A stretch of DNA of 64,000 nt from Chthoniobacteraceae bacterium (GCA_037190965.1 JBBCKI010000031.1:1-64000), one strand, 5' to 3'. Shown: positions 39,204 through 50,369, counted from the first letter of the stretch. Translations and numbers: made by a program. Notes: generated by a model not told the origin, from the letters alone.

Positions 39204-41969
39204 ATGAGAACTTCGCTGGTTAACGCCTTTAACGCCGGTTTGTTGGACGAAAATTACGAACTCTGGAAGCGCGACCCCTCGTCGGTCGACGCTGCCTGGT
39301 CCGCTTTCTTCGAAGGATTTGAACTCGGGTTTGTCCAATCCAAAAACGGCGCTCCCCCCAAAGCCGGCGTCGCCGCCGAGCCCACCCTCACAGACGGGGA
39401 GCTCCCCCTGCAAACCCGTGTGGAAGGGCTTGTCTATGCCTACCGCACCCTGGGCCATACGATCGCGATGATCGACCCGCTCAACCCCCAGCGCCCGGAG
39501 CAGCCGCTCCTGAGCCTGCGGGAGCTTGGCTTCAGCGAAAAGGACCTCGACCTCGTCGTCTCCTCCAAGTTTTTCAAGGGCGGAGAGAAAATGTCCCTCC
39601 GGGAGATGATCGCCTCCCTTCAGGCGATCTATGCCGACACGATCGGCGTGGAGTTCATGCATATCCAGAACCCGTATGTGCGGAACTGGATTCGCGAGCG
39701 CATCGAATCGCGCCCGCCCGCCAGCGCCCTGCCGGTGGAAGAACAGAAGGCGGTCCTCCTCGAGCTTTTGGAAGCCGAAGCGTTTGAGCGCTTTCTGCAC
39801 ACCAAGTATGTCGGCCAGAAACGCTTCTCGCTGGAAGGCGGCGAGTCGCTGATGGTCATCCTCGATACCCTTTTCGAGCAGTCGCCGCAGAAAGGCGTCA
39901 AAGAGATCGTCATGGGCATGGCCCACCGGGGCCGTCTCACGACGCTCGCCAACTTCCTCAACAAGTCGCTGAAGGTCATCTTCACGGAGTTCTCCGAGAA
40001 CTACGTCCCCAATCTCGTCGGAGGTGACGGCGACGTGAAGTACCACCTCGGATACCACACCAAGCGCACCACGCGCGGGGGTGAAGAGGTCGAAATCCGT
40101 CTTGCCGCCAACCCGAGCCACCTGGAAGCGGTCAACCCGATCGTCGAAGGGACGGCCCGCGCCCGCCAGCGGATCTGGGAAGACACCGAAGAACGCTCCA
40201 AGGTGCTCCCCGTACTGGTCCACGGCGACGCCGCCTTCGCAGGTCAGGGAATGGTGGCCGAGGTTTTGAACCTCTCCCAGCTTTCCGGCTACAAGGTCGG
40301 CGGCACGGTGCACATCATCGTCAACAACCAGATCGGCTTCACCACCCTGCCCGCCGACGCGCGTTCTTCCCAGTACGCGACCGACGTGGCCAAGATGATC
40401 GAAGCGCCGATCTTCCACGTCAACGGCGACGACCCGATCGCCGTCCGTTACGTTGCCGAACTGGCCTTCTCCTTCCGCCAGCAGTTCAAGCGCGACGTCG
40501 TCATCGACATGTACTGCTACCGGCGGCACGGGCACAACGAGACTGAAGAGCCCGCGTTCACCCAGCCGAATCTCTACGCCAACATCGCCAAGCATCCTTC
40601 GGTGGGTAAAATCTTCACCCAGCGCCTCGTCGATTCCGGCGTGCTGACTGCCGAAGAAGCCGCCGCCCTCGATGACGAGTACGAGCGCAAGCTCGAAACG
40701 ACGCTGGAAGAAGTGCGCCAGGCGGAGAAGCAGCCGCAGGAGAAAGACGCCACGAAGTTCAGCGAATCGACGGCGGTTTTCCAGCCTCCCTACTCGCATG
40801 AAACGGTCGATACGACCGTCCCCAAGGCCACGCTCGACCAGATCGTGCGGGTTCTCACCAACGTCCCCGAAGGGTTCAACGTTCTCCCGAAGGTCAAGCG
40901 CACGGTGCTCGACCGCCGCGCCAACGCCCACGCCAACAACGGCCCTTACGACTGGTCGTTCGCGGAGGCGCTCGCCTTCGGATCGCTCCTGCTCGAAGGC
41001 ACCCCTGTCCGGCTCTCCGGTCAGGACAGCCGACGCGGCACGTTCACCCAGCGCCAGTCGGTCATCTACGACGCGCAGACTCGCGAACGTTACATCCCGC
41101 TGCAAAAGCTCTCCGATTCGCAGGCCCGCTTCTGCGTCTACAACTCGTTCCTCTCTGAGGCGGCAGTGCTTGGGTTCGACTACGGATACTCGCTGCACTA
41201 CCCCTCCATGCTCTGCATGTGGGAAGCGCAGTTCGGCGATTTCGCCAACGGCGCGCAGGTGATCATCGACCAGTTCATCAGCTCGGCGGAGTCCAAGTGG
41301 CAGCGCCCCAGCGGCATCGTCCTCCTCCTGCCTCACGGCTACGAAGGGCAGGGGCCGGAACACTCCAGCGCCCGCCTGGAACGCTTCCTCCAGCTCTGCG
41401 CCGAAGACAATATCCAGGTCGGCAACCTCACCACTCCGGCCCAGTATTTCCACGCCCTGCGCCGCCAGATGAAGCGCGACTTCCGTAAACCGCTCATCCT
41501 GATGACCCCCAAGAGCCTGCTGCGCGCGGAATTCTGCACGTCGAAGCTGGAAGACTTCACGGAAGGCCGGTTCCACGAGATCCTGCCCGGGCCGGTTATC
41601 GGCAAAGCGGCCGAGGTCAAGCGCGTCATCTTCTGCTCCGGCAAGGTCTACTACGATCTGCTCGCCGCACAGACCGCCGGGAACCGGACCGACACGGCGA
41701 TCATCCGCATCGAGCAGCTTTATCCGCTCAACGAAGCGGCCATCAAAGAGGCGCTTGCCGGGTTCACCAAGGCGAAGAAATTCGTCTGGGCCCAGGAAGA
41801 GCCGCAGAACATGGGCTCCTGGAGCTTCATCGAACCTCGCCTGCGCGCCCTGCTCGGCACCGACATCGTTTACGCCGGACGCGGCGAGGGCGCGAGCCCG
41901 GCCGTCGGCGCGATGTCCATCCACAAGATCGAACAGAAGCAACTCGTCGATGACGCGTTCGCTCTGTAA
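39204..41969 (+). CDS. sucA: 2-oxoglutarate dehydrogenase E1
   Basis: [55 protein letters not shown]. Confidence 0.96.
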   Translation: MRTSLVNAFNAGLLDENYELWKRDPSSVDAAWSAFFEGFELGFVQSKNGAPPKAGVAAEPTLTDGELPLQTRVEGLVYAYRTLGHTIAMIDPLNPQRPEQPLLSLRELGFSEKDLDLVVSSKFFKGGEKMSLREMIASLQAIYADTIGVEFMHIQNPYVRNWIRERIESRPPASALPVEEQKAVLLELLEAEAFERFLHTKYVGQKRFSLEGGESLMVILDTLFEQSPQKGVKEIVMGMAHRGRLTTLANFLNKSLKVIFTEFSENYVPNLVGGDGDVKYHLGYHTKRTTRGGEEVEIRLAANPSHLEAVNPIVEGTARARQRIWEDTEERSKVLPVLVHGDAAFAGQGMVAEVLNLSQLSGYKVGGTVHIIVNNQIGFTTLPADARSSQYATDVAKMIEAPIFHVNGDDPIAVRYVAELAFSFRQQFKRDVVIDMYCYRRHGHNETEEPAFTQPNLYANIAKHPSVGKIFTQRLVDSGVLTAEEAAALDDEYERKLETTLEEVRQAEKQPQEKDATKFSESTAVFQPPYSHETVDTTVPKATLDQIVRVLTNVPEGFNVLPKVKRTVLDRRANAHANNGPYDWSFAEALAFGSLLLEGTPVRLSGQDSRRGTFTQRQSVIYDAQTRERYIPLQKLSDSQARFCVYNSFLSEAAVLGFDYGYSLHYPSMLCMWEAQFGDFANGAQVIIDQFISSAESKWQRPSGIVLLLPHGYEGQGPEHSSARLERFLQLCAEDNIQVGNLTTPAQYFHALRRQMKRDFRKPLILMTPKSLLRAEFCTSKLEDFTEGRFHEILPGPVIGKAAEVKRVIFCSGKVYYDLLAAQTAGNRTDTAIIRIEQLYPLNEAAIKEALAGFTKAKKFVWAQEEPQNMGSWSFIEPRLRALLGTDIVYAGRGEGASPAVGAMSIHKIEQKQLVDDAFAL

Positions 41970-42013
41970 GTCAGGCCTCCTTTTTTACCCCACCTTTTAG
42001 CAAACCACCCCAC

Positions 42014-43141
42014 ATGAGCATCGAAGTCAAAATCCCCGCGGTTGGTGAATCGATCACCAGCGGCCTGATCTCCACCTGGCACAAGAAGGACGGAGAAACG
42101 GTCGCCGCCGGCGACGCCCTTCTCACGCTGGAAACCGACAAAGTCTCCACTGAGATCACCGCCGAACAAGCCGGGGTGCTCAAGATTCTCGTCCCCGAGG
42201 GCGAAGAGGTCAAAATCGGCACCGTTGTCGCCACGCTGGAAGAAAGCGGCGCTGCCGCTGCTCCGGCCCCTGCGGCCCCGGCCCCCACCACTCCCAAGGC
42301 AGAAGCCGCTCCGGCTCCTGTGGTGGAAACAAAGCCCGCTCCCGTCGCCGCTCCGGCGGCTCCCGCGCCTGTCGTCTCCAAGCCGGTCGAAACGGCCCCG
42401 GAAGCCCAGCCCTTGGCTCCGGTCGCTGCCGGTACGCCCGACAGCCGCACCACCCGCAAGAAGATGTCACCGCTGCGCCGCAAGATCGCCGCGCAACTCG
42501 TCATGGCCCAGCAGAACGCCGCCATGCTCACAACCTTCAATGAGTGCGACATGAGCGCGACGATGGATCTCCGCTCCCGGATGCAGGAGTCCTTCACCAA
42601 GGAATACGGAGTCAAACTCGGCTTCATGTCGTTCTTCATCAAGGCGACCGTCAAGGCGCTCAAGGCCGTCCCCGGTATTAATAGCCGCATTGACGGCGAC
42701 GACCTGATCACCAACCACTTCTACGACATCGGTGTCGCCGTCGGCACCGAGCGCGGGCTCATCGTCCCGGTCATCCGCGATGCCGATCAGAAGAACTTCG
42801 CCGAGATCGAAAAGGACATCATCGCCTACGCCGGGAAAGCCCGCGAAGGGAAGATCAAGGTGGAAGACCTGCAAGGCGGCGTTTTCACCATCTCCAACGG
42901 CGGCGTCTACGGCTCGCTCCTGAGCACCCCGATCCTTAATCCGCCACAAAGCGGTATCCTCGGTCTGCACAAGATCCAGGAACGCCCGATCGCGATCAAG
43001 GGGCAGGTGGTCATCCGCCCGATGATGAACCTCGCGCTCAGCTACGACCACCGCGTCGTGGACGGCAAAGAAGCGGTGACGTTCCTCATCAAGCTGAAGG
43101 AATGCATCGAAGACCCGATGCGCCTCCTGCTCGATCTGTAG
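42014..43141 (+). CDS. sucB: Dihydrolipoamide succinyltransferase E2
   Basis: Lipoyl [21 protein letters not shown]. Confidence 0.95.
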   Translation: MSIEVKIPAVGESITSGLISTWHKKDGETVAAGDALLTLETDKVSTEITAEQAGVLKILVPEGEEVKIGTVVATLEESGAAAAPAPAAPAPTTPKAEAAPAPVVETKPAPVAAPAAPAPVVSKPVETAPEAQPLAPVAAGTPDSRTTRKKMSPLRRKIAAQLVMAQQNAAMLTTFNECDMSATMDLRSRMQESFTKEYGVKLGFMSFFIKATVKALKAVPGINSRIDGDDLITNHFYDIGVAVGTERGLIVPVIRDADQKNFAEIEKDIIAYAGKAREGKIKVEDLQGGVFTISNGGVYGSLLSTPILNPPQSGILGLHKIQERPIAIKGQVVIRPMMNLALSYDHRVVDGKEAVTFLIKLKECIEDPMRLLLDL

Positions 43142-43191
43142 GAGTAATTTCTGTTTGCGGCGTGTCTAGGGACACGCATCACGAGGGATTT

Positions 43192-43292
43192 CAGCCCGGA
43201 GGGCTGGTGGAAATTAGCCGGGGGTGAAGCAAAGCGGAACCCCCGGAATCTCATCATAAAACCATCTCCACCCTGGAAGGGTGGTGGAAATC
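43192..43292. repeat. Intergenic multi-hairpin element
   Basis: CAGCCCGGAGGGCTG, CCGGGGG..CCCCCGG and CCACCCTGGAAGGGTGG hairpins with repeated GGTGGAAAT. Confidence 0.5.
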
Positions 43293-43396
43293 GTCGCTCG
43301 TGGTCTCTTCTCTCGCGATCCGCAACGACTTTTGCTCTGTAACTTAAGCATCCATTCCGCTTGGCTTTGGGAGCGCAGGCATGTATCACGCCTGCC

Positions 43397-45088
43397 ATGG
43401 CTATCCCCCGCGCGTTTCGATGGACCTCGACCCCGCTGATGCTGCTCGCAATGGCGGCATGTCAGAAGAACCCTTCCTCCAGTTCCACCTCATCCACCCC
43501 TTCCACCCCGCAACAGCAGGCTGCGTCCAAAAAGATAATTTCGGCGGAACCGACCAGCTTTGACGCCATCGCGCGGCATCTCGACCCAGGCGGCGGCTTC
43601 TATTTCTTCCTTTCCACCGAGAACTTCCTCAAAGCCGCCTCAACCAAACTGGCCCAATTGCAGCCGCTTCTCCTCGGCAGCATGCCATCCGAAAACCGGG
43701 CGAAGGCCACGGAAGCCTGGGATTACGCTAGCCGGATCGCCAGCCAGAGCGGGCTCAACGAAATCAGCGGCTTTGGAATCAGCTCCATCGCGGTGGAGCC
43801 CGGCTATTACCAGACGAAGTGGATGCTCCACCACTACGAAGGGAATGGGAACGGCGTTCTCTGGAAGCTCAATGGCAATGCTTCCGACGCCCTGGAGATT
43901 ATCTCCTATCTGCCCGAACGCACCGCCCTGGCGAGCAGCGGCGATTTTTCGCTCCAGCCGGTGTGGAACCTCCTCAACAAAGAAGCGGCAACGAAGCCCG
44001 AACTGCGCCAGGGGATCGACCTGTTCGCCCGGCAGCTTGAAGCCAACGCCGGCCTGAAGCTGGTCGACCTGATCGCTTCCGTCGGCCCCCGCTACGCCGT
44101 CGTCGTCACGCTGGACGAAAGCCGCCAGGCCACCCTCCCTTCCGCTCCCGGCAGAAAACCCCTCACCGTCCCCGAACCGGGGCTGGCCATCCTCATCCAG
44201 GTGAAAGACCCCGCGCTGCTGGGCCGCGTGGAGCAGGAGCTTGCCAAAATCCCGGGCATCGTGATCGCCGACGACGGCGACCTGAAGCTGAGGAGCATCC
44301 CCGTTCCGGTTCCCTTGCCCTTCCTGCGCCCCGCGGTGGCCTGGCAGAAAGACACCCTCGTCCTGAGCAGCAACGAAGCGTTGATCCGCGAGATGTTTGA
44401 AGTGAAAGCGGGCAAAAAGCCGGGCCTCGCCGCTTCCGAGAACTTCAAAAAACTGACCGCCGACCTGCCTGCGCCGGCCTGCCAGTTCCAGGTGATCGCC
44501 CCGATCTTCCAAAAAACGCTCCTGGATATCCAGATCGCTGCGGCACAACAACCCAACACCCCTCCCGAAGCCCAGCGGTTCCTGGAGTTTTTCGCCTCCT
44601 CGTCGGCGGCAAACTGGGCGTGCAGCGTCGTCCAAGACACCCCCGAAGGGTGGATTGGCTTTAGCCGCGGCGCAACCGGGCCGACCCAAATCGCCGGCAT
44701 CGGCTCGGTAGCTCCCGCCGCCATTCTGGCGGGCATCGCAACCCCGGCTTTCATCAGCGTGAGGGAAAGAGGCAAGCAAACAAAGAGCCTCTCCCGCGCC
44801 AAGCAGATTTACCTTGGCTGCAGACTGTATGCGGGCGATCACGACGGGAATTTCCCCGCCACTCTGGACGAACTGGTGCCTCAATACCTCCCCAACAAGA
44901 GCATCCTGACGGATCCGATGGCCCCCGATGCCGAGGGCGTCGGCTATCATTATTTTGGCGGCAAAGACACCGACGCGCCCAACAAGGTGCTGCTGGTCAG
45001 CAAGGCCGCCGGGAAGAATAATACGCGGGTCGTCATCACCTGCGACGGCGCGGGCAGAATCAAGCCAGCAACGGAGAATGGCTTGTAG
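43397..45088 (+). CDS. Putative lipoprotein with C-terminal pseudopilin-like module
   Basis: LAMAAC lipobox; C-terminal AILAGIATPAF..VRERG...QI.LG..LYA.DHDG.FP resembles the body of prepilin-type proteins. Confidence 0.72.
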   Translation: MAIPRAFRWTSTPLMLLAMAACQKNPSSSSTSSTPSTPQQQAASKKIISAEPTSFDAIARHLDPGGGFYFFLSTENFLKAASTKLAQLQPLLLGSMPSENRAKATEAWDYASRIASQSGLNEISGFGISSIAVEPGYYQTKWMLHHYEGNGNGVLWKLNGNASDALEIISYLPERTALASSGDFSLQPVWNLLNKEAATKPELRQGIDLFARQLEANAGLKLVDLIASVGPRYAVVVTLDESRQATLPSAPGRKPLTVPEPGLAILIQVKDPALLGRVEQELAKIPGIVIADDGDLKLRSIPVPVPLPFLRPAVAWQKDTLVLSSNEALIREMFEVKAGKKPGLAASENFKKLTADLPAPACQFQVIAPIFQKTLLDIQIAAAQQPNTPPEAQRFLEFFASSSAANWACSVVQDTPEGWIGFSRGATGPTQIAGIGSVAPAAILAGIATPAFISVRERGKQTKSLSRAKQIYLGCRLYAGDHDGNFPATLDELVPQYLPNKSILTDPMAPDAEGVGYHYFGGKDTDAPNKVLLVSKAAGKNNTRVVITCDGAGRIKPATENGL

Positions 45089-45173
45089 AGCGGTCTCGTC
45101 TTCCTGTGGGTAAGTTCGGGTTGGCGCCGCAATCGGACTGGCACCCGCCTTCAGTTGCGGTTACAGATAGCCA

Positions 45174-45605
45174 ATGACTCGAATCCTCGGCATTGACGTG
45201 GGTGAAGCGCGCATCGGTCTGGCCCTTTCGGACGATCTCGGGATGCTCGCGCACCCGCTGGAGACCATCCTCGTCAAAGAGGGGAAACCGCTGCAACGCG
45301 TGGCGGAGGTCGTTCGCCGGGAGAAGGTCGCCACGGTGGTGATCGGCCTACCGCGCAACATGAATGGCACTTACGGCCCGGCGGCGGAAAAGACGAGGGA
45401 GTTCGCCAAAAAACTCCAGGCGCTCGCCCCGTGCACCGTCAAGTTCTGGGATGAGCGGCTCACCACCGTCGCCGCGCAGAAGTCGCTCCACCAGGCAGGC
45501 AAAAACGTGAAACAAAGCCGGCAGGTGATCGACCAGGTCGCCGCGCAGTTGATCCTGCAAGGCTACCTCGACTCCCAGGCGTTGCTCGACCCGATGGCGG
45601 AATAA
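45174..45605 (+). CDS. ruvX: RuvX/YqgF family nuclease
   Basis: ILGIDVGEARIGLALSD, GLPRNMNG, WDERLTT, IDQVAAQLILQGYL. Confidence 0.93.
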   Translation: MTRILGIDVGEARIGLALSDDLGMLAHPLETILVKEGKPLQRVAEVVRREKVATVVIGLPRNMNGTYGPAAEKTREFAKKLQALAPCTVKFWDERLTTVAAQKSLHQAGKNVKQSRQVIDQVAAQLILQGYLDSQALLDPMAE

Positions 45606-45664
45606 CGGCCTTTCTCGTCAATCTCCAGAACGAACATTGGAGGCCTTACTCACGTCAGGGAGCC

Positions 45665-46289
45665 TCACTGAAGGTAGGGTGGTCCAGGGACTTCGCTCGG
45701 ACTCACGAAATTAGAGGCTTCACCGTCGTCCGGGAGCTTCACTGCAGACACCGGTGGTCCGGGGACTGGCGGTCTCACTAAAATCGCGTCCTGATCGACG
45801 GTGAACTGCACCCCCGCCAATTGGCCCACATAGCGCAGCGCGTCCCAGCTGGGGACATCGTTGAGACGGAGCGTCACCAGCGCGGAGCGATTGACGTCGG
45901 CTTGCAACACAAAGCTCAACTTCAACCCACCGTCCGACGCTTTAATGATCTGTTGGCGAAGGTATTCGAGGGCGGAATCGAGCGTCGCCTCCCGGATCTC
46001 CACCTGCGGCTTTCAGCTTTCTCAATTGCACTATCGTTTTAGCCGCCGGCGTAACTTCAGCCGCCGCGATCATTGCGAGATATTTCTGCGCCATGGCGCT
46101 CTTGGAATGCTCGTCGAGAAGCAACTCGAACTTCGCCCTCGCCGACTCGTAATCGCCGGCTAAATAATCGTTTTGAGCATCGCGGGCGAACGATTCTGGC
46201 CCCCGCGCGAAGAGGATCGGAATGGACGAGATGACAAACAGAACAGGCAGGAGACGCTTAGCCGCTGCGCTAATGAAATCTTTCATCAT
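45665..46289 (-). pseudogene. Frameshifted paralogue of the 47567-48142 gene
   Basis: Two ORFs in different frames (45942-46289 and 45665-46003) match the N- and C-halves, including identical EIREATLDSALEYLRQQ; small deletion near 46005. Confidence 0.8.
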
Positions 46290-46432
46290 AGAGAACTTGA
46301 AATTCTACCGCATCGACGCGGATATCCTATTTGATGCGCCTCCAGAGATCAAACCGGAAACCACCCTGCGGCACGAGCTTGGCAAGAGACCGTTTTGGAG
46401 TAGAGTGTTCCCCTGTTTTAACGACCCATCCG

Positions 46433-46572
46433 ATGACTCGAAAACCGTGCATTTCCGTCGCCATTCTGACCGGCTTCCTTAACGCCGGGAGAAAATCGCC
46501 ACGGTCGTCATCGACCTGCCGCCCAACATGAATGGCACGTACCGCCCGGCAGCGAAGAAGACCCGGGAATTT
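46433..46572 (+). pseudogene. Chimeric remnant: cobW-like 5' end fused to an internal ruvX fragment
   Basis: 46433-46488 resembles 51558-51613; 46483-46572 resembles 45315-45404; shared CGCCGG at the junction. Confidence 0.85.
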
Positions 46573-46595
46573 ACACTTCAGGGGCCATTGTCGGA

Positions 46596-47375
46596 ATGAC
46601 CCCTCCGTCTATCATATCGATCAAGCGGCTCAAGCTCACCCTTGCCTACGATGGACGCCCGTTCTGCGGGTGGCAGAGTCAGGCCGCGGGGGGGGCCATC
46701 CAGGACCATCTGGAAGCCGCCTTTGCCAAGCTCTGCGGATCGCGGGTTAACGTTCAGGGATCAGGCAGGACCGACGCCGGTGTCCATGCGTTGGCCCAGA
46801 TCGCCCACGCTGATGTCCCGAAAGATCGTTTTACGGTCGATCAATGGCGTAACGCGCTCAACGGACATCTGCCCCGGGAGATCCGCGTCATGCGTTGTCA
46901 ATGGGCCCGACCCGATTTTGAAGCCCGGTTCTCCGCCACTGGAAAAGTCTATCGTTACCGGATCTGGAACGGTTCCGTTTTCCCTCCCTCTGAAATTGGC
47001 CGGGCGTGGCACGTTTTCATGCCCATCGATATCGAAGTGCTGCGAGAATGCGCGCACGGCCTCATAGGCACCCATGATTTTGGCGGATTCGCCGCTAACC
47101 GGGGCGTCCCATCCGGCGACACGGTGCGGACCATTCGGCGGATCGACGTCACCGGGAGAACCGGCGGCGCAATCACGCTCACCTTCGAAGGTGACGGCTT
47201 TCTCTACAAAATGGTGCGGCTCCTTACCGGCTCCATGATGCGCTGCGCTCAAGGCAAAGCCTCACCGGATTGGCTCTTCAAATTTCTCGAAACGCCTGAA
47301 AAGACGGACCCCCGGCTCAAGACCAGCTTCGCGGCACCCGCCGAGGGGTTAACTCTCGTCCGGGTCCTTTACTAA
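46596..47375 (+). CDS. truA: tRNA pseudouridine(38-40) synthase
   Basis: AYDG..FCGWQ, GSGRTDAGVHA, GTHDF, GFLYKMVR, APAEGL. Confidence 0.94.
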   Translation: MTPPSIISIKRLKLTLAYDGRPFCGWQSQAAGGAIQDHLEAAFAKLCGSRVNVQGSGRTDAGVHALAQIAHADVPKDRFTVDQWRNALNGHLPREIRVMRCQWARPDFEARFSATGKVYRYRIWNGSVFPPSEIGRAWHVFMPIDIEVLRECAHGLIGTHDFGGFAANRGVPSGDTVRTIRRIDVTGRTGGAITLTFEGDGFLYKMVRLLTGSMMRCAQGKASPDWLFKFLETPEKTDPRLKTSFAAPAEGLTLVRVLY

Positions 47376-47407
47376 TCTGAGGGCGAGGAACGAGCCTGCG
47401 GCTGAGG

Positions 47408-47522
47408 CGGCGCCGCGGAGCTCCGCCCTCCGACGACCGCGCGACAAGCGCGCGCGGGAAGGATGCACCAAGAAAAAATGGCGCGGTAGCGCCCTCTGGG
47501 AGGGCGGAACTCCGCGACGCCG
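47408..47522. repeat. Family B palindromic doublet
   Basis: CGGCGCCGCGGAGCTCCGCCCTCC ... GGAGGGCGGAACTCCGCGACGCCG, between convergent genes. Confidence 0.8.
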
Positions 47523-47566
47523 GTAACGCCGAAGGCGCCTGCCTTTGCCTTTCTCTTCACTCCTCC

Positions 47567-48142
47567 CTAGGGAGTCTCCGCCGCGCGGACTTCCACCGGC
47601 GCCGCCGCAGGGACACTCGCCGCCTTGGGCCTGACGGAGATGGCATATTGATCAATGGAAAACTGCACCGCCGCCAGTTCGCCCACGTAGCGAAGTGCCT
47701 CCGTGAACGGGATATTGCTCAGGCGCAACGTGACCGGTGCGGCGCTGTTGACGCCCGGCTGCAGCACGAAACTTGGCTTCAGCTTGTCCCCCGACGCCTT
47801 TGCCGCCTGCTGCCTAAGATATTCGAGGGCGGAATCAAGCGTCGCCTCCCGGATTTCCACCTGCGGCAGGATCAGCTTCTTCAACTGCGCTTCCGTCTTG
47901 GCTCCCGGCCCAGCCTGAGACTCGGCCGCCGCGATCATTTTGAGATAGTTCTTCGCCACGACATTTTTCGGGTCGGCAGCGAGGACCAGCTCGAATTTCG
48001 TCTTTGCCGACGAGTAGTTGCCCGCCGCGTATTCGCGCTGGGCTTCGGTGATCAGCGATGCCTGCGCCCGTGCGGGGGTGGCGGGGAGCGTCATTGCGGC
48101 CAGGAGGAGGGAGAACAGGGAGCGTTTGATGAGCAGGTTCAT
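47567..48142 (-). CDS. Secreted protein with TPR-like and STN/secretin-N-like domains
   Basis: Signal peptide; AGNYSSAKTKFELVLAADPKN (TPR-like); ILPQVEIREATL ... VTLRLSNIPFTEALRYV (STN-like). Confidence 0.75.
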   Translation of the reverse strand: MNLLIKRSLFSLLLAAMTLPATPARAQASLITEAQREYAAGNYSSAKTKFELVLAADPKNVVAKNYLKMIAAAESQAGPGAKTEAQLKKLILPQVEIREATLDSALEYLRQQAAKASGDKLKPSFVLQPGVNSAAPVTLRLSNIPFTEALRYVGELAAVQFSIDQYAISVRPKAASVPAAAPVEVRAAETP

Positions 48143-48232
48143 GAGGATTGAGGGGTTGAAATCGTCCGCTTCAGCAAGGCCCATGTTAGACGATCTTCCC
48201 GGCGAAATCAATCTTTGAACGCCGGGCAGCGA

Positions 48233-48640
48233 TCAACTGCCGCAGCTTGACGGGCGTTTTCTTTCATTCCAAATTTTACCGCAATCACTGCATTTGTATC
48301 TGTTCTTGGCGAACAGGAATGGAAAATTAAGAAGCAGCAGTGACAAAAAGGAAATACGCCTTGGCAATTCGTCTATTCCTGTATTGGCAGAGTCGCAGAA
48401 AGGACATTGAACGGCTACAGCCTCTTCCAGGGCAACACTCTCTTGCTCCAATAATTCCTTGGCTTTAGGAATATCCTCCTCTGCAATCTGAACTCGCACT
48501 CCGCCAATCGCATTGGAATACAACCAATCCATTTGCACAAGATTCTCATCTTGAACAAATGCGGGAATCCCACCTGCTTCCAGCCGCATACGGAGCAAAT
48601 GAGCCTCTTCGGGTTTACTGAATGTAGCGATGGTAATCAC
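48233..48640 (-). CDS. DUF2007-like putative signal-transducing protein with zinc ribbon
   Basis: ATFSKPEEAHLLRMRLEAGGIPAFVQDE, AIGGVRVQI, CPFC...CSDC; GTG start inferred. Confidence 0.8.
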   Translation of the reverse strand: MITIATFSKPEEAHLLRMRLEAGGIPAFVQDENLVQMDWLYSNAIGGVRVQIAEEDIPKAKELLEQESVALEEAVAVQCPFCDSANTGIDELPRRISFLSLLLLNFPFLFAKNRYKCSDCGKIWNERKRPSSCGS

Positions 48641-48648
48641 AATTTCGC

Positions 48649-48918
48649 CTAATGTCCAAGGTGAGTCACGGAGTGCCGGGGAATTGTCCCACCGCTTTGC
48701 CCCCATCGCGGAAAACGACCAAATAAAATTCCGCAAATAAGAATAAGTCGGAACGCCTCCCAAAACGCAATCGGCCGAACACCAAATATCTGAGGAATGG
48801 TCATGTTCCAAAGCCATCGCAGGAGAGCCGGGGCGAGAAAAAAGAAAATTACGGCAATGAGCGCAATCGCAGCCAGATCAGGCCCGGCAGGATTAAATTT
48901 GTAAACACCGGCAAGCAT
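48649..48918 (-). CDS. Small hypothetical membrane protein
   Basis: LWNMTIPQIFGVRPIAFWEAFRLILICGILFG; tail reads through an attC-like site. Confidence 0.6.
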   Translation of the reverse strand: MLAGVYKFNPAGPDLAAIALIAVIFFFLAPALLRWLWNMTIPQIFGVRPIAFWEAFRLILICGILFGRFPRWGQSGGTIPRHSVTHLGH

Positions 48919-48945
48919 ATTCGAAAATGTGGGATGTTGTTGGAG

Positions 48946-49455
48946 TTATTGGATGACTTGTATCTGCTGTAAGAGTTTTGAGTCCTTTCCTGATGAACTC
49001 ACCCATAAAATCGTAAAACCAGTCGTAAATAAAAGCCAGGTGATTGCAAAGGCGATAGTCAGAAATGTTGAACGATCGAATCCTGCCGCTAACACCGATT
49101 TGTTTGGATCGGCAGGATCATATTTGACAAAAACGGCGTTGGCATTAATAAGCTTATCATGAATAGCTTTATGCTCTTCTCGTGTGCTGCTGCCACCATA
49201 ACCATATGCGATGCGATCCCCAGAATAGCTGACGCCTTCTACTGAATAGTCATACAGCACCTTGACCTTCCAAGTTGTTCCATCGCCGTCGGAATTTTCT
49301 TCGATCTTACATTTACTGATGTTCGCCGGCACTTGGGGCCATGAGAGCGACCTTCTTCCTTGATAATATGAAAACCCGCCGTAGCCGAGCAACCCAAAGC
49401 CGACAGCAAAAAAGAGGCCAATGAAGAGAGCAAAGAGGATCATGCCGTTTTTCAT
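48946..49455 (-). CDS. DUF3592 domain protein
   Basis: TM, SWPQVPA, YDYSVEG, VKYDPADPNKSVL, TM. Confidence 0.85.
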   Translation of the reverse strand: MKNGMILFALFIGLFFAVGFGLLGYGGFSYYQGRRSLSWPQVPANISKCKIEENSDGDGTTWKVKVLYDYSVEGVSYSGDRIAYGYGGSSTREEHKAIHDKLINANAVFVKYDPADPNKSVLAAGFDRSTFLTIAFAITWLLFTTGFTILWVSSSGKDSKLLQQIQVIQ

Positions 49456-49529
49456 TATTTGTCCTAATGATCAAGACTGAGGCACGGCGCGAAGCGGAGC
49501 TGCCTCCACCGCCTTGTTTGACTTGTTTC

Positions 49530-50126
49530 TCATATGAAAGAATGGCGCGATTCATCCAAGATGGGAGACATCTCCGCCTCTTGGAGTCGCTGTTCAAGGG
49601 CTTGGGATCCTTGCTCGCGTGCAAACTCGCGTTCGGATTCAGTAATCGGAATCATCCAAAGGAAGTCGACACGGTCACCATTTAGATCAAAACCACGGAA
49701 TCCGTCTGATTCAAAGTAAGGAGGAAGAAAGAAGTAAGATGTCAGTAAAGATGGCTTCGCGGTCATCGGCATTCCGTTGGGAACGGTGTGCCACCAGTGC
49801 AGGAAAGTCTTATCCTCAAATGGCATCTCAGCCAAACCCTTCAGCACGGAGAACATCCACCCCTGCGGTTCCGGCACATACATCAAAATCTCCGCTCTTG
49901 AAGACATATGCTTATCACAATCCTGAGGTTGAAGCTGTCGCTCGTTACTCATCCCACTGGTGATGAGAGTCCAGTATGGACGATCAACCGTCGGCTCGAA
50001 TTGGTAAATGTCGATGTGAACAGGCTTGATGTCGGTGGAGTGCATTACATCCTGGGTCATCGGCCCGAAAAATTTCTGATAGTGGCGCTCTCTTGCTTCG
50101 AGAAAGCCGTTTGGATGGGTGAGCAT
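49530..50126 (-). CDS. Suppressor-of-fused (SUFU) domain protein
   Basis: HIDIYQFEP, WTLITSGMS, HTVPNG, VDFLWMIPITESE. Confidence 0.85.
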   Translation of the reverse strand: MLTHPNGFLEARERHYQKFFGPMTQDVMHSTDIKPVHIDIYQFEPTVDRPYWTLITSGMSNERQLQPQDCDKHMSSRAEILMYVPEPQGWMFSVLKGLAEMPFEDKTFLHWWHTVPNGMPMTAKPSLLTSYFFLPPYFESDGFRGFDLNGDRVDFLWMIPITESEREFAREQGSQALEQRLQEAEMSPILDESRHSFI

Positions 50127-50369
50127 GGTTTTCTGTTGATCGATTTAGCTCAGCCGCCGCGCGAGCGCGGTTGGCTGCAGCGCTTGGTTAGGTGTTGCGG
50201 TTGCTTGGAGGAATCGCACGAATAGATATCACGACGGCAAAAGCAAGAAGATTTAAGATACCGCAGTTCCCTGCTCGCGCGCTAGCGTCAAGGGAATGGA
50301 AAGAAAGCAAGACGGCATAAGGCACGATCAATCCTCGCCTGCCACACGGCCCGCTGGGGGCCACGATGG

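Noticed and set aside
37908..41942. 1344-aa minus-strand ORF as a giant protease
   Set aside because: The N-terminal ~960 aa is the antisense shadow of sucA; only 37908-39065 has protease features.
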